Virus record (IMG/VR): IMGVR_UViG_2576861453_000002
DNA length: 64,000 nt
Source of the DNA: a virus
Taxonomy: Duplodnaviria; Caudoviricetes
Strand: one strand, 5' to 3'
The notes under the pieces: model-generated
The model's database searches: none
Seen by the model: the letters and a program-made list of their open reading frames with translations, nothing else
What the model was told of the DNA's origin: nothing
Shown: in pieces, positions 29,415 through 39,749 of the stretch
How the letters are laid out: each line of letters begins with the position of its first letter
Position numbering within the stretch: the first letter of the stretch is position 1
Position numbers and translations under genes: made by a program

Positions 29415-29897
29415 TCATCCCCTTATCACATCAAAGTTAACGGAAGACCCGGTGCCGACAAGGCCGCGAAGCAGGCCAGAAAGCCACGCAAAGTAAGGAG
29501 CTGATGTGCTGCTACCCTCGGCATAGGAAACGCTGACAACGCCGGTAACGGCCTCCTGTACCACTTCGCCACCACCAGAATAAGAAGGTGTGAGGTCGAT
29601 AGTTTGCGCTTCGACTGCTAAACGGCATTGGGCCTGTATCAATTGGCGCGGGATGGTGGTCAAAGCAACACCGCCGGCATAGACCTTTGTGCGTGGCCAC
29701 TGAAGCGGCTGATTAGCATTAAGGGGAAGCCCCCGCCACGCCATTCCCTCCAGATAATCCATGGCCTGCATAAGCAATTGCTCTTTTACTTCATCCGATG
29801 GTGGGATGCTGTAGCCCCTGGCTGCGGCGAACATGTCAAGGTCAGCAACGCTAGCGTAGCTATTGAAGTCGGGTGATGTCGGATCGGTGTTTATCAT
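29415..29897 (-). CDS. head-tail adaptor (DnaT-like family)
   Basis: NSYASVAD…AMDYLE…QPLQWPR…AQCRLA. Confidence 0.8.
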   Translation of the reverse strand: MINTDPTSPDFNSYASVADLDMFAAARGYSIPPSDEVKEQLLMQAMDYLEGMAWRGLPLNANQPLQWPRTKVYAGGVALTTIPRQLIQAQCRLAVEAQTIDLTPSYSGGGEVVQEAVTGVVSVSYAEGSSTSAPYFAWLSGLLRGLVGTGSSVNFDVIRG

Positions 29898-29911
29898 AAC
29901 GTCCTCGTCGT

Positions 29912-30502
29912 TCAGGCCAATCTCCAGGCTTTACGGCGCTCAAGCCTTGGCTGACCATCCGGGTGTTTTTCGACACTAACCACATCAGCATGGTCGACCA
30001 GTGAATAGCATGGGTAGATAACAGGCCCATCCCATGCATCCCCTATTGCAAAGTCCGCCGCTTTTGTAGAGTTCCAGCGCGATAACACTCGGTTGATATG
30101 CTGTGGTGGTACGCTGTAACAGACACCGTGAATCAGCCGTGGCAGCGTGATGTAGTCAGCCCTTGCTTTGTCAGCGGCTATTAGCCGTTCCGCTATCTGT
30201 ATCTGGTATTGTGGCGGCCGGCCGGTGCCGAGATAGAAAGAACACAAGTAGTCAGGGAAACGCGTCAACCATTCGTTCACAAGCGCCTTAAACCCAGCGA
30301 CAGGAATCGCATCATCTTCACAGATAACAACCCTGCATTCCTGCTCAGCAGCCCACTCAAGCGCACGGCGATGGTTTGCATTGGCGCCGTTGCTGCCCTC
30401 ATCAATCACCAGATGAGCATTAAGTGATGCCGCTAAATCGATAGCCATCGACCTGCGCATATGATGGCCGACCACGGCAAACTTTATTTGTGGGCAAACC
30501 AT
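29912..30502 (-). CDS. glycosyltransferase (GT25-like, GT-A fold)
   Basis: GANANHRRAL…VVICEDDA…SLVDHAD pattern. Confidence 0.75.
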   Translation of the reverse strand: MVCPQIKFAVVGHHMRRSMAIDLAASLNAHLVIDEGSNGANANHRRALEWAAEQECRVVICEDDAIPVAGFKALVNEWLTRFPDYLCSFYLGTGRPPQYQIQIAERLIAADKARADYITLPRLIHGVCYSVPPQHINRVLSRWNSTKAADFAIGDAWDGPVIYPCYSLVDHADVVSVEKHPDGQPRLERRKAWRLA

Positions 30503-31935
30503 GCGAACTCCTTCCCTATGCCGTTCGTTCGGAAAACGGTATGCACCTGGGGTCCAGTGACAACGCGGTCACCGAATGTTTTCGCCACGATGCCAAACGC
30601 CAACATATCGCCGATTGCCCCATCGGGCTGTTCCGTCTTCCAGAAACGCATGCTCTCGATGCGGTAATACAGACGGACGATGCAATGCGCGAACGCCATA
30701 ACGTCATCGCGTGTTCCGCCGAGTAAACCGGCATTGAGCATGGTCTCGTTACGGTGTTGTTCGATGAACTGCTGATAAATCCGTTCTGGATGTTTCTCAC
30801 GCGCCCACGCATCAGCGTGGGTTTTCGGCTCGGAGCCTACATAGATTTTACCCGGCTCCATGTCCTGCCACGGCTCGCAGAGCATCTCAACGTCTGTCCC
30901 GTCCGTGCACCAAACTAAACGGTATTCAGGATGCTCGCGTAGGTATTGATAGATATGCAGCCATCGCCGGAAATAGACGTTCATATCGACCGCCGGAACG
31001 CGAACCAGAGACGCGCCAACTGGCGCCTTCTCCAGCTCATCCACAAGCACTAGGGCATCAGCACCTTTCATCGACGCTGACCATTTCGCCAGCAAAGACG
31101 CATCCGGCTTAATCTTCACATTGCGCTGTGGGTCTGGCTGGCTTGTCAGCAATGTTGTGATTACTGCATTACGCTGACGCCTGTACTCTGCATAACCTGC
31201 ATACCCTTTATCGCGCCGCTCATTGTGTATCGTGACGTTGCGCTTTACCTGTTGTTCCCTGTCCGGGCGCGGCACTGAACGTTCTACGGCCTCATGCTCA
31301 TCCAGCGAATGAATAAGTTTTCCCGATCCCGCTACATCAGCAAATGCCCAGCTTGTTAGCCCTGCATTGTGGATACGTAATGCCAGGTCGCTGTGCTCGT
31401 ACATGCCTCGCCCATATATTGGGTCAAAGCCGCCGAGCTTCTCGATAACCGAGCGGTGATAATAGAGCATTACGCCGCGTTGCCCGGTGTAAGCGACGTG
31501 TTTATCATCCCTGTAAAGCACTGCGATATCCTTTAATTTTCGCGGCCCAGCTAAATCCAGAAACTGATAAGCAAGATGTGGCTCGGGGGATTCAATGTAA
31601 GGCAGGTGCCAGTTATCAGCGATAGGCCAGGCGTCATCGTCCCACAGGAATATATGCTCACAGCCTGCCCCCATAAGCGCTTCAAGGCTTGCGTTTTTGG
31701 AAGCCACAATGCCTAGAGATATCTCATTGCGTATAAGCTTTATACCTTCAGGAGCTTCGGCTTGAGGGTTTGAGCCGTCATCCATGACGACCATCATGGC
31801 ACCTAAAGGGAAATGCTTTTGATGCTGCTCAATTGCTCGCTTGAGAACATCAGGTCTATTGTGCGTGGTTATAGCAATACCGATACTTGCGCTGTTATGT
31901 GGGGAATACAAAACCCCGTCAATCATAACCTTCAT
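30484..31935 (-). CDS. two-domain glycosyltransferase (GT2 plus a second GT-A domain)
   Basis: IAITTHNRP, VMDDGS, FLWDDD, GGFD…YEHSD; second domain WCTDGTDV…LNAGLLGG. Confidence 0.88.
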   Translation of the reverse strand: MKVMIDGVLYSPHNSASIGIAITTHNRPDVLKRAIEQHQKHFPLGAMMVVMDDGSNPQAEAPEGIKLIRNEISLGIVASKNASLEALMGAGCEHIFLWDDDAWPIADNWHLPYIESPEPHLAYQFLDLAGPRKLKDIAVLYRDDKHVAYTGQRGVMLYYHRSVIEKLGGFDPIYGRGMYEHSDLALRIHNAGLTSWAFADVAGSGKLIHSLDEHEAVERSVPRPDREQQVKRNVTIHNERRDKGYAGYAEYRRQRNAVITTLLTSQPDPQRNVKIKPDASLLAKWSASMKGADALVLVDELEKAPVGASLVRVPAVDMNVYFRRWLHIYQYLREHPEYRLVWCTDGTDVEMLCEPWQDMEPGKIYVGSEPKTHADAWAREKHPERIYQQFIEQHRNETMLNAGLLGGTRDDVMAFAHCIVRLYYRIESMRFWKTEQPDGAIGDMLAFGIVAKTFGDRVVTGPQVHTVFRTNGIGKEFAWFAHK

Positions 31936-31949
31936 GCTTCCCTCTCATG

Positions 31950-31971
31950 AAAAAAGGGGCCGAAGCCCCTT
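31950..31971 (-). terminator. intrinsic terminator after the major capsid gene
   Basis: AAGGGGC-TTCG-GCCCCTTTTTT on the minus strand. Confidence 0.8.
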
Positions 31972-31976
31972 GATAG

Positions 31977-32951
31977 TTATGAACCGGAACCACCAGACAA
32001 CACGGCAGCAAAAGGAACCTGCTTACGGTCAAATACTCGCGTCCAGTTAGCAGCATCGGCCATCTGGGTGTATGTCGGCGAAAGGTTCGGATCATCCTCA
32101 CCTACCCAGGAGAACCCTGCCGGCTGGATGATATAGGTTTTGCGCTCCCACAACACTTCTGCACCACCACCATTACCACCATCCGGTTTGCGCTGAAGCT
32201 CAACCGGGGTATGCGGAGTGCCAACGCCATAACCAAATGCGCCAGAGCCGAAGAACACGGAAAGGAACTGACCTGAGTTATATTTCAGGCTGTCATCCAT
32301 GAACACCGGCTTACCCAGATACGTGGCGAGGATGATATTGCCGGTCGAATCGCGAAGGTATTCGATCAGGTCGGCTTTAACCATCTGGTTCATAACAGTC
32401 GAATGCACGCCGATTGCCGAGAACTGATCTGCGGCATCACCCGCAGTGAAGGCGGCATCCTGGAATGACTCGGCCAGCGAAGCGCCAGCGTCAACCACCA
32501 TGTCGCCATCATCGTTAGCGATATTGGACGCAATAATGCCCCGCGCCTCGCCAATCAAATAACGCTGCCATTGGCGGGTCCAGTAAGTGCCAAAGCGATT
32601 GCGGATTTGCGTCATCGGGTCGCTGTTGGCCAATTCAGAGGCCAAATCGGCCACGCCATAGCCTTTATTCAGGTACAACGTGCGGGCGCGCATGCTTCCC
32701 TGGGTTACCTTGCCGACTTCGCCCAGATCGTCCGGGTTATCGTTGGAGGCGTTTGGTGCTTCGTCTGCATCCAGATCCTGCCAGTAGCTGACAGTCGCGG
32801 TGCCTTGGCCGTTTTGTGCGACTGCATCCAATGCCGGCAGGCGTGTGATAATCCCAGAGTTATAGACTGCGGTTTTTTCAGGGCTATTTACCGGAGCTAT
32901 GGTCTGATAATAGTCCGAGACAAAAATGTCAGTAAGACGAGTGGTAGCCAT
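31977..32951 (-). CDS. major capsid protein
   Basis: MATTRLTD…DPMTQIRNRFGTYW…NWTRVFDRKQVP coat family; follows scaffold; ends SGGSGS. Confidence 0.9.
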   Translation of the reverse strand: MATTRLTDIFVSDYYQTIAPVNSPEKTAVYNSGIITRLPALDAVAQNGQGTATVSYWQDLDADEAPNASNDNPDDLGEVGKVTQGSMRARTLYLNKGYGVADLASELANSDPMTQIRNRFGTYWTRQWQRYLIGEARGIIASNIANDDGDMVVDAGASLAESFQDAAFTAGDAADQFSAIGVHSTVMNQMVKADLIEYLRDSTGNIILATYLGKPVFMDDSLKYNSGQFLSVFFGSGAFGYGVGTPHTPVELQRKPDGGNGGGAEVLWERKTYIIQPAGFSWVGEDDPNLSPTYTQMADAANWTRVFDRKQVPFAAVLSGGSGS

Positions 32952-32962
32952 TCGGCAACTCC

Positions 32963-33661
32963 TTAAGTGTTTTGTGTTGCTGCGAGTCGTTTAAACTCGT
33001 CAGGGTTTTCTTTGAATAACTGAAGCCTCTGGGCTTCTGTGTAATCAGTCCATTTTTTGCCGTCGCCGCTGACGAACGTCTGGCTACCGTTACCGCCGGT
33101 CCCGGATGCCTTACTACCGATAACAATTGGTGCAAAAAGCTTGTTGCTACGGAATTCTTTTTCCAAATCTTCGAGCGTTGACGCTGACGGTTTGCCATCC
33201 GCATCTAAAATTCGTGTCTTTCCGTCTTCAACAACCAGACGGGATTTAATGTGTGGGGTGAGTACTGCTGCGCTATCTCCAGCCAGGCGAGTCGCCAAGG
33301 ATTGTGCGACGTTATCGACTAGCAAAGTTTGCAGTTTTCCGTCTCGTTCTTCGATCTGCGCCAGAAGCTCTCTCTCGCGGCTGGAAAGCTTTTCTGCCCA
33401 ACTCTTTTCTAGGGTATCTAAATCCCCTTTTTTTCGGGCCTGCTCTTCTGCCGCCTTTCTCGCTTCTTCTTCAGCCTGCCGACGCTTTTCTTGTTCCGTT
33501 TTTTTCTCGCCCAGCAATTCGTTTACTTTCTTTTCCAGACCAGAGACATCAGGAATGCCATCAACGGCGAGCTGAAACCCTTCGCCGGCTTCCGCGTACA
33601 TGGTTTTTGCAGACTCTTCCAGGTCGTCGAATTCTTCTTTGGTTAATTTGAACTTAAGCAT
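32963..33661 (-). CDS. head scaffolding protein
   Basis: Charged coiled coil with ASGTGG tail; directly upstream of capsid. Confidence 0.8.
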   Translation of the reverse strand: MLKFKLTKEEFDDLEESAKTMYAEAGEGFQLAVDGIPDVSGLEKKVNELLGEKKTEQEKRRQAEEEARKAAEEQARKKGDLDTLEKSWAEKLSSRERELLAQIEERDGKLQTLLVDNVAQSLATRLAGDSAAVLTPHIKSRLVVEDGKTRILDADGKPSASTLEDLEKEFRSNKLFAPIVIGSKASGTGGNGSQTFVSGDGKKWTDYTEAQRLQLFKENPDEFKRLAATQNT

Positions 33662-33750
33662 CTATAACCTCGGGTTAGATGTTGCAGTCTCGGACTGCGA
33701 GTAAAAAAAAGCCCAACCAATGACGGCCGGGCCAATATGTTTATGGATGG

Positions 33751-34137
33751 CTAATGAATTTGCCTTACTGTCTCAACTGTCGAGCCCGATGAGTTCATGA
33801 CATAAACCTCATCGCCGGGATAAATGAACTGGTACTGTGTTTCGCGGATGTCCTCACCATCAAAAATGGTAATAGCGTAGGGAGCGCCGCCGCTTGAATT
33901 TCCACGATGAACGACGATGTTATGCCCTTCATATGCAACGTCTGTCATGCTCTCATCGTAAAATTCAGGAGAGCGGCTCAGGATATAATCAACGTCACCG
34001 TCATATCCCATTGCGCCGCTGACGTTAAGCAGCTTCATAGCATCTACCCACTGGTCAGATCCCGGCATGGCAATAACGATGGACTCAACTTGGAAAAGAG
34101 TGGTTGCGTTATTAACTCTCTGTTTAACCGTAAACAT
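33751..34137 (-). CDS. hypothetical protein (head-region moron)
   Basis: 128 aa, flanked by terminator-like hairpins; GDEVYVMNSSGSTVE. Confidence 0.6.
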   Translation of the reverse strand: MFTVKQRVNNATTLFQVESIVIAMPGSDQWVDAMKLLNVSGAMGYDGDVDYILSRSPEFYDESMTDVAYEGHNIVVHRGNSSGGAPYAITIFDGEDIRETQYQFIYPGDEVYVMNSSGSTVETVRQIH

Positions 34138-34203
34138 TCGTCTTCGCCTTCTTCGTTGCATAAAAAAAGGCCGCACATGGCGACCCTGTAAAATGAAGAA
34201 CAC

Positions 34204-35271
34204 TCAAATTCCAGCGCGTTTAAATGCCTCTGGTGCTATTTTGCGCATCTCTTCCAATGTCATCGGCTCGAAGTTTCTATCTAGCTGCAAAGCTGCAAAT
34301 CTCTCAGCACTAAGTCCACCATCACGCAGCAACTTTCCCCGATTCTTGCCGATAATCATGTCCTGTTGTTTGTCTGGTTGCCTCAATAGCCATTGATAAT
34401 AGGTTTCATCGGAAGAAATATAACCATCAGAAGATGCCCGCGTTTCACCTTCCCTAAGAATGTCATTAAGCGCAGAATCAGCCAGCACCGGGATAATCGT
34501 ACTTCGGCACCGAATGTGAAGAGGCGGTCGCGGACCGACGTTAATCGCAAATTCTCGCCCATCGAGAGAACGGCAAATTGCTGTTGTTCTGTTATCAAGC
34601 GTGGCGACAAATTGGACTTTATCAACCACATCATCGTTAACGTCAAAAAAAGTTTCGCGGGCCACTGTAGCGGTATGTTGGATGGCTGTCCTGGCTATCG
34701 CGTCAGCGTTCTTAACGTACTGCCCGATAATGCCGTCAGCGCCGTTTAATGCCCTAGTGCCGCGCAGTGCAGTAGTCAGTTGTTGAATGGTCTGTCCTTC
34801 GCGCCATGATCTCAATACGGCGTTATTTGCGGCCGTTAAGGTGAGTGTTTCCCAATCTTTAATGAACGGGTCGAGTAATAACTCACCACGCCAGTTCCTT
34901 ATTGAAAGTGGTCGATTGTGGACCTGCCTAATGATTTTGTCAGTGTCGGGAACAATCAGGCCCGGCATGCCAGGAATAGAACTTAGGGAATTGAGTTCGA
35001 GCTGGGCAACGTCGCCGGAAAGTTGATCGCATAGGGCCAAAAGTTGCTTGGAGTATCCATCGACTGGCCCATACATTGCATTAGCCAACAGTTTAGATAT
35101 TTCGTCACGCTGACCCATCGTATTGATAGTGCCATCGTACTCTTGTAAAACGTAGCCAGTAGACGCGCGCAATTCATTGTAGAGCGTCGTCAGTTCCGTT
35201 CCCTGGCTGGCTTTAAGTCGCTCAATCAGGGTCTGGATGAGAACAGAATTATCATGGAGTAACGTTGCCAC
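34204..35271 (-). CDS. head morphogenesis protein (SPP1 gp7/Mu F-like)
   Basis: ATLDNRTTAICRSLDG…PPLHIRCRS. Confidence 0.9.
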   Translation of the reverse strand: MATLLHDNSVLIQTLIERLKASQGTELTTLYNELRASTGYVLQEYDGTINTMGQRDEISKLLANAMYGPVDGYSKQLLALCDQLSGDVAQLELNSLSSIPGMPGLIVPDTDKIIRQVHNRPLSIRNWRGELLLDPFIKDWETLTLTAANNAVLRSWREGQTIQQLTTALRGTRALNGADGIIGQYVKNADAIARTAIQHTATVARETFFDVNDDVVDKVQFVATLDNRTTAICRSLDGREFAINVGPRPPLHIRCRSTIIPVLADSALNDILREGETRASSDGYISSDETYYQWLLRQPDKQQDMIIGKNRGKLLRDGGLSAERFAALQLDRNFEPMTLEEMRKIAPEAFKRAGI

Positions 35272-36661
35272 TGATGTATGCCCCCATTCCTGGCGCAGTT
35301 TCAGCCAATTCCGTCTCTATTTCCTCCGGCGACTTATCAGCCGGGGCCAATCCCACGTTCTGTTGATAGCGTATGAAATCGACTAAACGCATGTTGCCAC
35401 TTTGCACAGCCGCCATTAGTGCGCTTATCCCTTGAGAGTCTAAAAGCGCAATTTCATACTTCTTGCTCAGCTCAACAATCGCTTCACCGCTGCCGGCGAA
35501 CTGAATAGCAAACTGTATGGCCCGGTTTACGGCCTGCTCAACATTCCCAGCGCACAGTGATAGGATGGAATTGTCGGTTTGCGCCTCATCACCTGCCTGT
35601 GTTGCCGTTTTGGTCGAAGTGTTGCGCTCAACTAATTTAGCGCCGAGCATTGCCATCTGTTTTTCACGGCGCTCAGCCAAAGCAATAAGAATATTTCTCT
35701 CTTCAGGCTGGGCAAACTTCATATCACCGCCCTTCGGCAACAAAACGCCCTTTCGAGAACCAACCTTAAACCCATCAGCCAGATATTTATCGGCCCACTG
35801 CTCATCCAGTCCGGTAAGTGCAACCATAGGTTGCCCTACGGTATGCGCCGCTTCGGCAATGTCGGCCTCAGCCTGATAATGCTTAATGTTGACATACGCG
35901 ATATCAGCCAAGGGCGGAGCATCTGGAGTGTGGTCGTTGTTACTTGAGCCAATCCATGACCAGGGCAGTTCTTTCAAATCGATGCCATTGGCGTCTGATA
36001 ATGGTCTCAAATCGCTACCGCTGATGGCCCTGTCTCCTTCGGACCATTTACGAGCGTGGGCGATACCGTTGATTAGCCTTAGCTCAATCCAGTGCCGCTG
36101 CATGGTTAACTGAAATCCGGCCTCATCATTAATCGGTTCTTCAAAATGCAAAACTACCAGCGACGTTTGTCCGTTCGTGACGCGCCAGTTTATGATCTGC
36201 TTCGCGGTGAACAGGCGCAGAACCGGACGGCCTTTCGTCGCTTGGGTTTGGGTTCCTGTACCCGTGAAATCAGTCAGGATACCGCCGCGACCACGCTGCA
36301 AATTTTGGCTCAGTGCATCTCGGATAAGTTGCGAAAGGGGTTGGCCCTCCCCGTCTGCGTCAGATGCAATATCTTCGATCCCGCCTGACAGTTCGATTTT
36401 CGGCGGCTTATTGAAAGCTATCCCCAGTAACCCGGAGAGTGTGCGCCCGGTGGCGTTGATGAATGCGGCGCGCTTAAGGTAGGAGCTATATCGGATGCCT
36501 TGCGGATCATCGTTAGCGCTGTCGTCACTCGGATGCGGAAGGTATTTTCCCTTTTTCTTCTTAATCTTTCGCTCACCATCAACGCAGTCGCCAATCATTT
36601 CCCATTCGGGCAAGAACTCAGCATATGCAGGGTGACGGTAATCAATGTCTAAATCTGCCAT
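35252..36661 (-). CDS. portal protein (DUF4055-like)
   Basis: Follows terL; YLKRA.F.N.TGRT, IINW, N..HYQ..AD. Confidence 0.85.
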   Translation of the reverse strand: MADLDIDYRHPAYAEFLPEWEMIGDCVDGERKIKKKKGKYLPHPSDDSANDDPQGIRYSSYLKRAAFINATGRTLSGLLGIAFNKPPKIELSGGIEDIASDADGEGQPLSQLIRDALSQNLQRGRGGILTDFTGTGTQTQATKGRPVLRLFTAKQIINWRVTNGQTSLVVLHFEEPINDEAGFQLTMQRHWIELRLINGIAHARKWSEGDRAISGSDLRPLSDANGIDLKELPWSWIGSSNNDHTPDAPPLADIAYVNIKHYQAEADIAEAAHTVGQPMVALTGLDEQWADKYLADGFKVGSRKGVLLPKGGDMKFAQPEERNILIALAERREKQMAMLGAKLVERNTSTKTATQAGDEAQTDNSILSLCAGNVEQAVNRAIQFAIQFAGSGEAIVELSKKYEIALLDSQGISALMAAVQSGNMRLVDFIRYQQNVGLAPADKSPEEIETELAETAPGMGAYISGNVTP

Positions 36662-36662
36662 T

Positions 36663-38144
36663 TTATGCCCACTTGAAGTTAAGAGATTTGACGGGTTTTT
36701 TCTTGCTCTTTGCTACGCCGAAGTAACGAAATCCATCAGCACCGTGCGAAGTGAAATCATGGAGTGGCTTGTCTTTCCAACAACCGCGTTTGTCATCCCA
36801 CTCTTTGCGATAGCCTTCAAGATGGGAAATCCCTAACTCGCATTTTGACTCATCGAATACGCATTTCGGTAAAATCTCGCGTACGGTCTCAATCCCTTCA
36901 TCAATGCCTATTTTCGGCACAACCTGAAAATTAATTCGGTACGTTTCGCCGTCTATTTCATAACCTTCATACGCGAGCTGCTTCCGTGTCTTGCCATCGC
37001 CCGCGAATTCCCGGTTTTCGATATCGTGCGGCGCCCAATGCTCACCGTATTCATAACCACGGTCTTTTAATACCTTTAAGTAGTGGCGCAGCCCTTCGCC
37101 GCTGTTTTCGTAATAGTCGATGACGTGAAACTCTTCCCCGACCTCGCGAACAAACCAGATAGCGGTTGAGTCGCCCACGCCGATATCCCAGAAGGTGTGA
37201 ACCGGTAAATGCGAGTTTTCCGGTATTGCCCCGATGCGCTTATTTTCGTAGAGCCAACGGAACTGTTTAGCGTAATACGCGCCTTCTACGGATTGCTGGA
37301 ACGCTTCGGCGGGTATTGATGGGTACTCGCGCTTCATGTCATCGCCAAGGGTCTTCTCCTTAGCGTAATACCAGGCGCGCTGGCGTTCATCTGTCACAAC
37401 GCCGTGCTTTGCTTCAATCTCTGCGAAATAATCAATCAGTCGCTGTGGAAGCGGCTCTACGGGCTCGATTGCGTACTGCGGATTCTTCCACCATGAGAAG
37501 AAAAAGAACTTCCAGTCGAGGTTGGATAGAACCTTGCCAAGCATCTGCGCCTTTTCAGCAGTCTGACAGTAATCGAAGAAGTAACCAGCGCGACCCTCAG
37601 CTGTACTCTCGATAGTGGTAAAGCATTCGCTGGATACAGCTTCAAACGCGCCGGTGACTATCTCGCGGGCCTTATCTGGGAACTTTGCGCATATCTTGCC
37701 GAACTCTGACACGTGCAGGTAACGCAGGGTGCCGCCACGGAATGACGTGCTGACGTAGAGCGAGCCGCCCTTTTTGAACACCAGCTCACCGGCAGCATCA
37801 TTGCTGGCCGGATTGGCCGCCTTAATCTCATCAGGGAGATTGTCATAGGCATACTTGACCTTTTCACGAAACAGTCGCTTGGCATCATTCAACGTGTGGG
37901 CAATGAGCGCACACTTAGCTGCCTCAAACAGCGCCGCGTCAAGCTGGATAATGCAAACCTCAGTCGTGAAGCCAAGCTGACGAGCCTTCAAGATAATGTT
38001 GCGGGTGTGCATGCCCTTGAAGTAATCAAGCTGTTCCGGGGTCATTGTAAACCGGACAGGCTTACCTTCTTTATCAGTAATCCAGTAAAGGTGATTTAGC
38101 CGCCATAACTTGTCCCGCAAATGATTGAGGTGCTCAGGTTTCAT
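36663..38144 (-). CDS. terminase large subunit
   Basis: ILKARQLGFTT Walker A, LHVSE Walker B, WDIG nuclease, HGADGFRY. Confidence 0.95.
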   Translation of the reverse strand: MKPEHLNHLRDKLWRLNHLYWITDKEGKPVRFTMTPEQLDYFKGMHTRNIILKARQLGFTTEVCIIQLDAALFEAAKCALIAHTLNDAKRLFREKVKYAYDNLPDEIKAANPASNDAAGELVFKKGGSLYVSTSFRGGTLRYLHVSEFGKICAKFPDKAREIVTGAFEAVSSECFTTIESTAEGRAGYFFDYCQTAEKAQMLGKVLSNLDWKFFFFSWWKNPQYAIEPVEPLPQRLIDYFAEIEAKHGVVTDERQRAWYYAKEKTLGDDMKREYPSIPAEAFQQSVEGAYYAKQFRWLYENKRIGAIPENSHLPVHTFWDIGVGDSTAIWFVREVGEEFHVIDYYENSGEGLRHYLKVLKDRGYEYGEHWAPHDIENREFAGDGKTRKQLAYEGYEIDGETYRINFQVVPKIGIDEGIETVREILPKCVFDESKCELGISHLEGYRKEWDDKRGCWKDKPLHDFTSHGADGFRYFGVAKSKKKPVKSLNFKWA

Positions 38145-38662
38145 TAAGCCCCCTGAGACAATGAATCCATCAGGTCAGATAATGAATTGACAGTATGATC
38201 AGCTTTAATTTGCTCGCGGAACGCCTGAACGTTAACGTGCTTGCCGAGCAACTCAAGGTTCTTCACTTTGTCAGGCCATTTGATTTTCTTGAGTAATGCC
38301 GTGCCCTCTTCTTCCCCAGAAGCTATGACGGTTACATCTAACCCGCAAAGGGTAATGCGCCAGCACTTAGGCCAATCCTTTACAGGCTTCAATTCGCCCG
38401 ATTCGGTCAGAATGTCGAGCACGTCCATTTGGTCAATTTCAACCAGTCTTTTAAGGACATAAGCCGCATCTATGCCGATCTCCTCATTGCGTTCCGCTTT
38501 GAGTTGCGCGATTCTGTTCTGAATGTCAAGTTTTGACAATAATTGAGCGGCAATGCGGTTAGCGGTCTTCTCGCTGTACCCCGCCCGAATGGCCGCTTGT
38601 GTGGCGTTCAAATCGATGAGGTACTCGCGACAGAACATTTCCTGTTTGTCGGTGAGTGCCAT
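38144..38662 (-). CDS. terminase small subunit
   Basis: LTDKQEMFCREYLIDLNATQAAIRAGYS. Confidence 0.95.
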   Translation of the reverse strand: MALTDKQEMFCREYLIDLNATQAAIRAGYSEKTANRIAAQLLSKLDIQNRIAQLKAERNEEIGIDAAYVLKRLVEIDQMDVLDILTESGELKPVKDWPKCWRITLCGLDVTVIASGEEEGTALLKKIKWPDKVKNLELLGKHVNVQAFREQIKADHTVNSLSDLMDSLSQGA

Positions 38663-38825
38663 TTTAGAATTTCCTGCTGTGAAATGAAGGTGCGCCACCG
38701 AGGGGTATCAGGCTGCATGCTGCGATATCGATATTTTGAAGTGATTGATCCCAATTCAGCCACCAGGCGCACGCGTTAATGCGCCTTGTGAATAAGAGCC
38801 GTTGTGAAAGAGGCTCTCTTGCCCA

Positions 38826-39353
38826 TTAGTCGATAAAAAGGAGCTTCGGCTGGGTGAGAGAAAGGATCTGATCGTATTCAAGCTGAAGCAGCTTTTTCTC
38901 TCGTTTCCGGTTATTCATCAGGTGGCTTCCCATACGTGCCTTGGCTTCAGATTTCGCAACCTTGATTGCATGCCGATGCTGGGCCTCTTCACCCATTTCA
39001 TTCCAGCGGAAAAGCTGATCAGCCATCCAATTAAAGGCTTGAATGTATCTAACCTTGATTAGCGTTGCTGCTGCACCAGTAAATCCCATCACGACCAACA
39101 TGTAGCCATCTTTCGTCAACTTAAACATCGGCTGCGCTTCACCGTTTTTATCAATGAAATCAGCCTCCTCAAAATTGAGGGCCGCAAAATCATCGGGGCA
39201 TTCCGCTTTTACTTGCCTTATCTTCCTGAGTACGTTGTCGTGACGCTTACCGAAATAATCAGCAATTTTTTGGCTTGTGGTAAAAGCCTTCCCCTGAATA
39301 GCCATAACCATTTTTGAGAAATCGAACTCATGAATTACCAATGTCTCTGTCAT
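38826..39353 (-). CDS. Rha family phage regulatory protein
   Basis: TTSQKIADYFGKRHDNVLR…LVVMGFTG…YIQAFN. Confidence 0.9.
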   Translation of the reverse strand: MTETLVIHEFDFSKMVMAIQGKAFTTSQKIADYFGKRHDNVLRKIRQVKAECPDDFAALNFEEADFIDKNGEAQPMFKLTKDGYMLVVMGFTGAAATLIKVRYIQAFNWMADQLFRWNEMGEEAQHRHAIKVAKSEAKARMGSHLMNNRKREKKLLQLEYDQILSLTQPKLLFID

Positions 39354-39749
39354 TGCGTATTACCTTACTTTGAAATGAACCGTTGCCGCATAGGAAATCA
39401 GCCCACCGAGGCTCGCCAGCACTAACTGACTTCCTCAACGGCTCATTTCAAAGGGTTTGGTTCGGTGGGTGTAGATGCGCATGCGTTGCGCAGGGATTTA
39501 TTGCAGGCATAAAAAAGCCCCGCGGGTGCGAGGCTTAATTTTGGGTTGAACAGCCAAGTGGCTGCGTTTAATGTGCTTTTCAGTGGGGTACACCCAGCTT
39601 AACGCCACGATAATGTACATAACTCAAAGATAATATCACTACAACATTATGATTTAATTCGTCTTATTAAATAAATCTTCATTGATACCGCATTGAAACT
39701 ATTAACATCAATTCGGTATATGTTAAAGATGCAATTAATAGGAGGAAAC

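Noticed and set aside
29912-31935. GtrABC-type serotype conversion or DNA glucosylation cassette
   Set aside because: No flippase or membrane GT partners, no TM segments, no base-modifying enzymes, and the genes lie in the late head operon. Disfavoured, not formally excluded.
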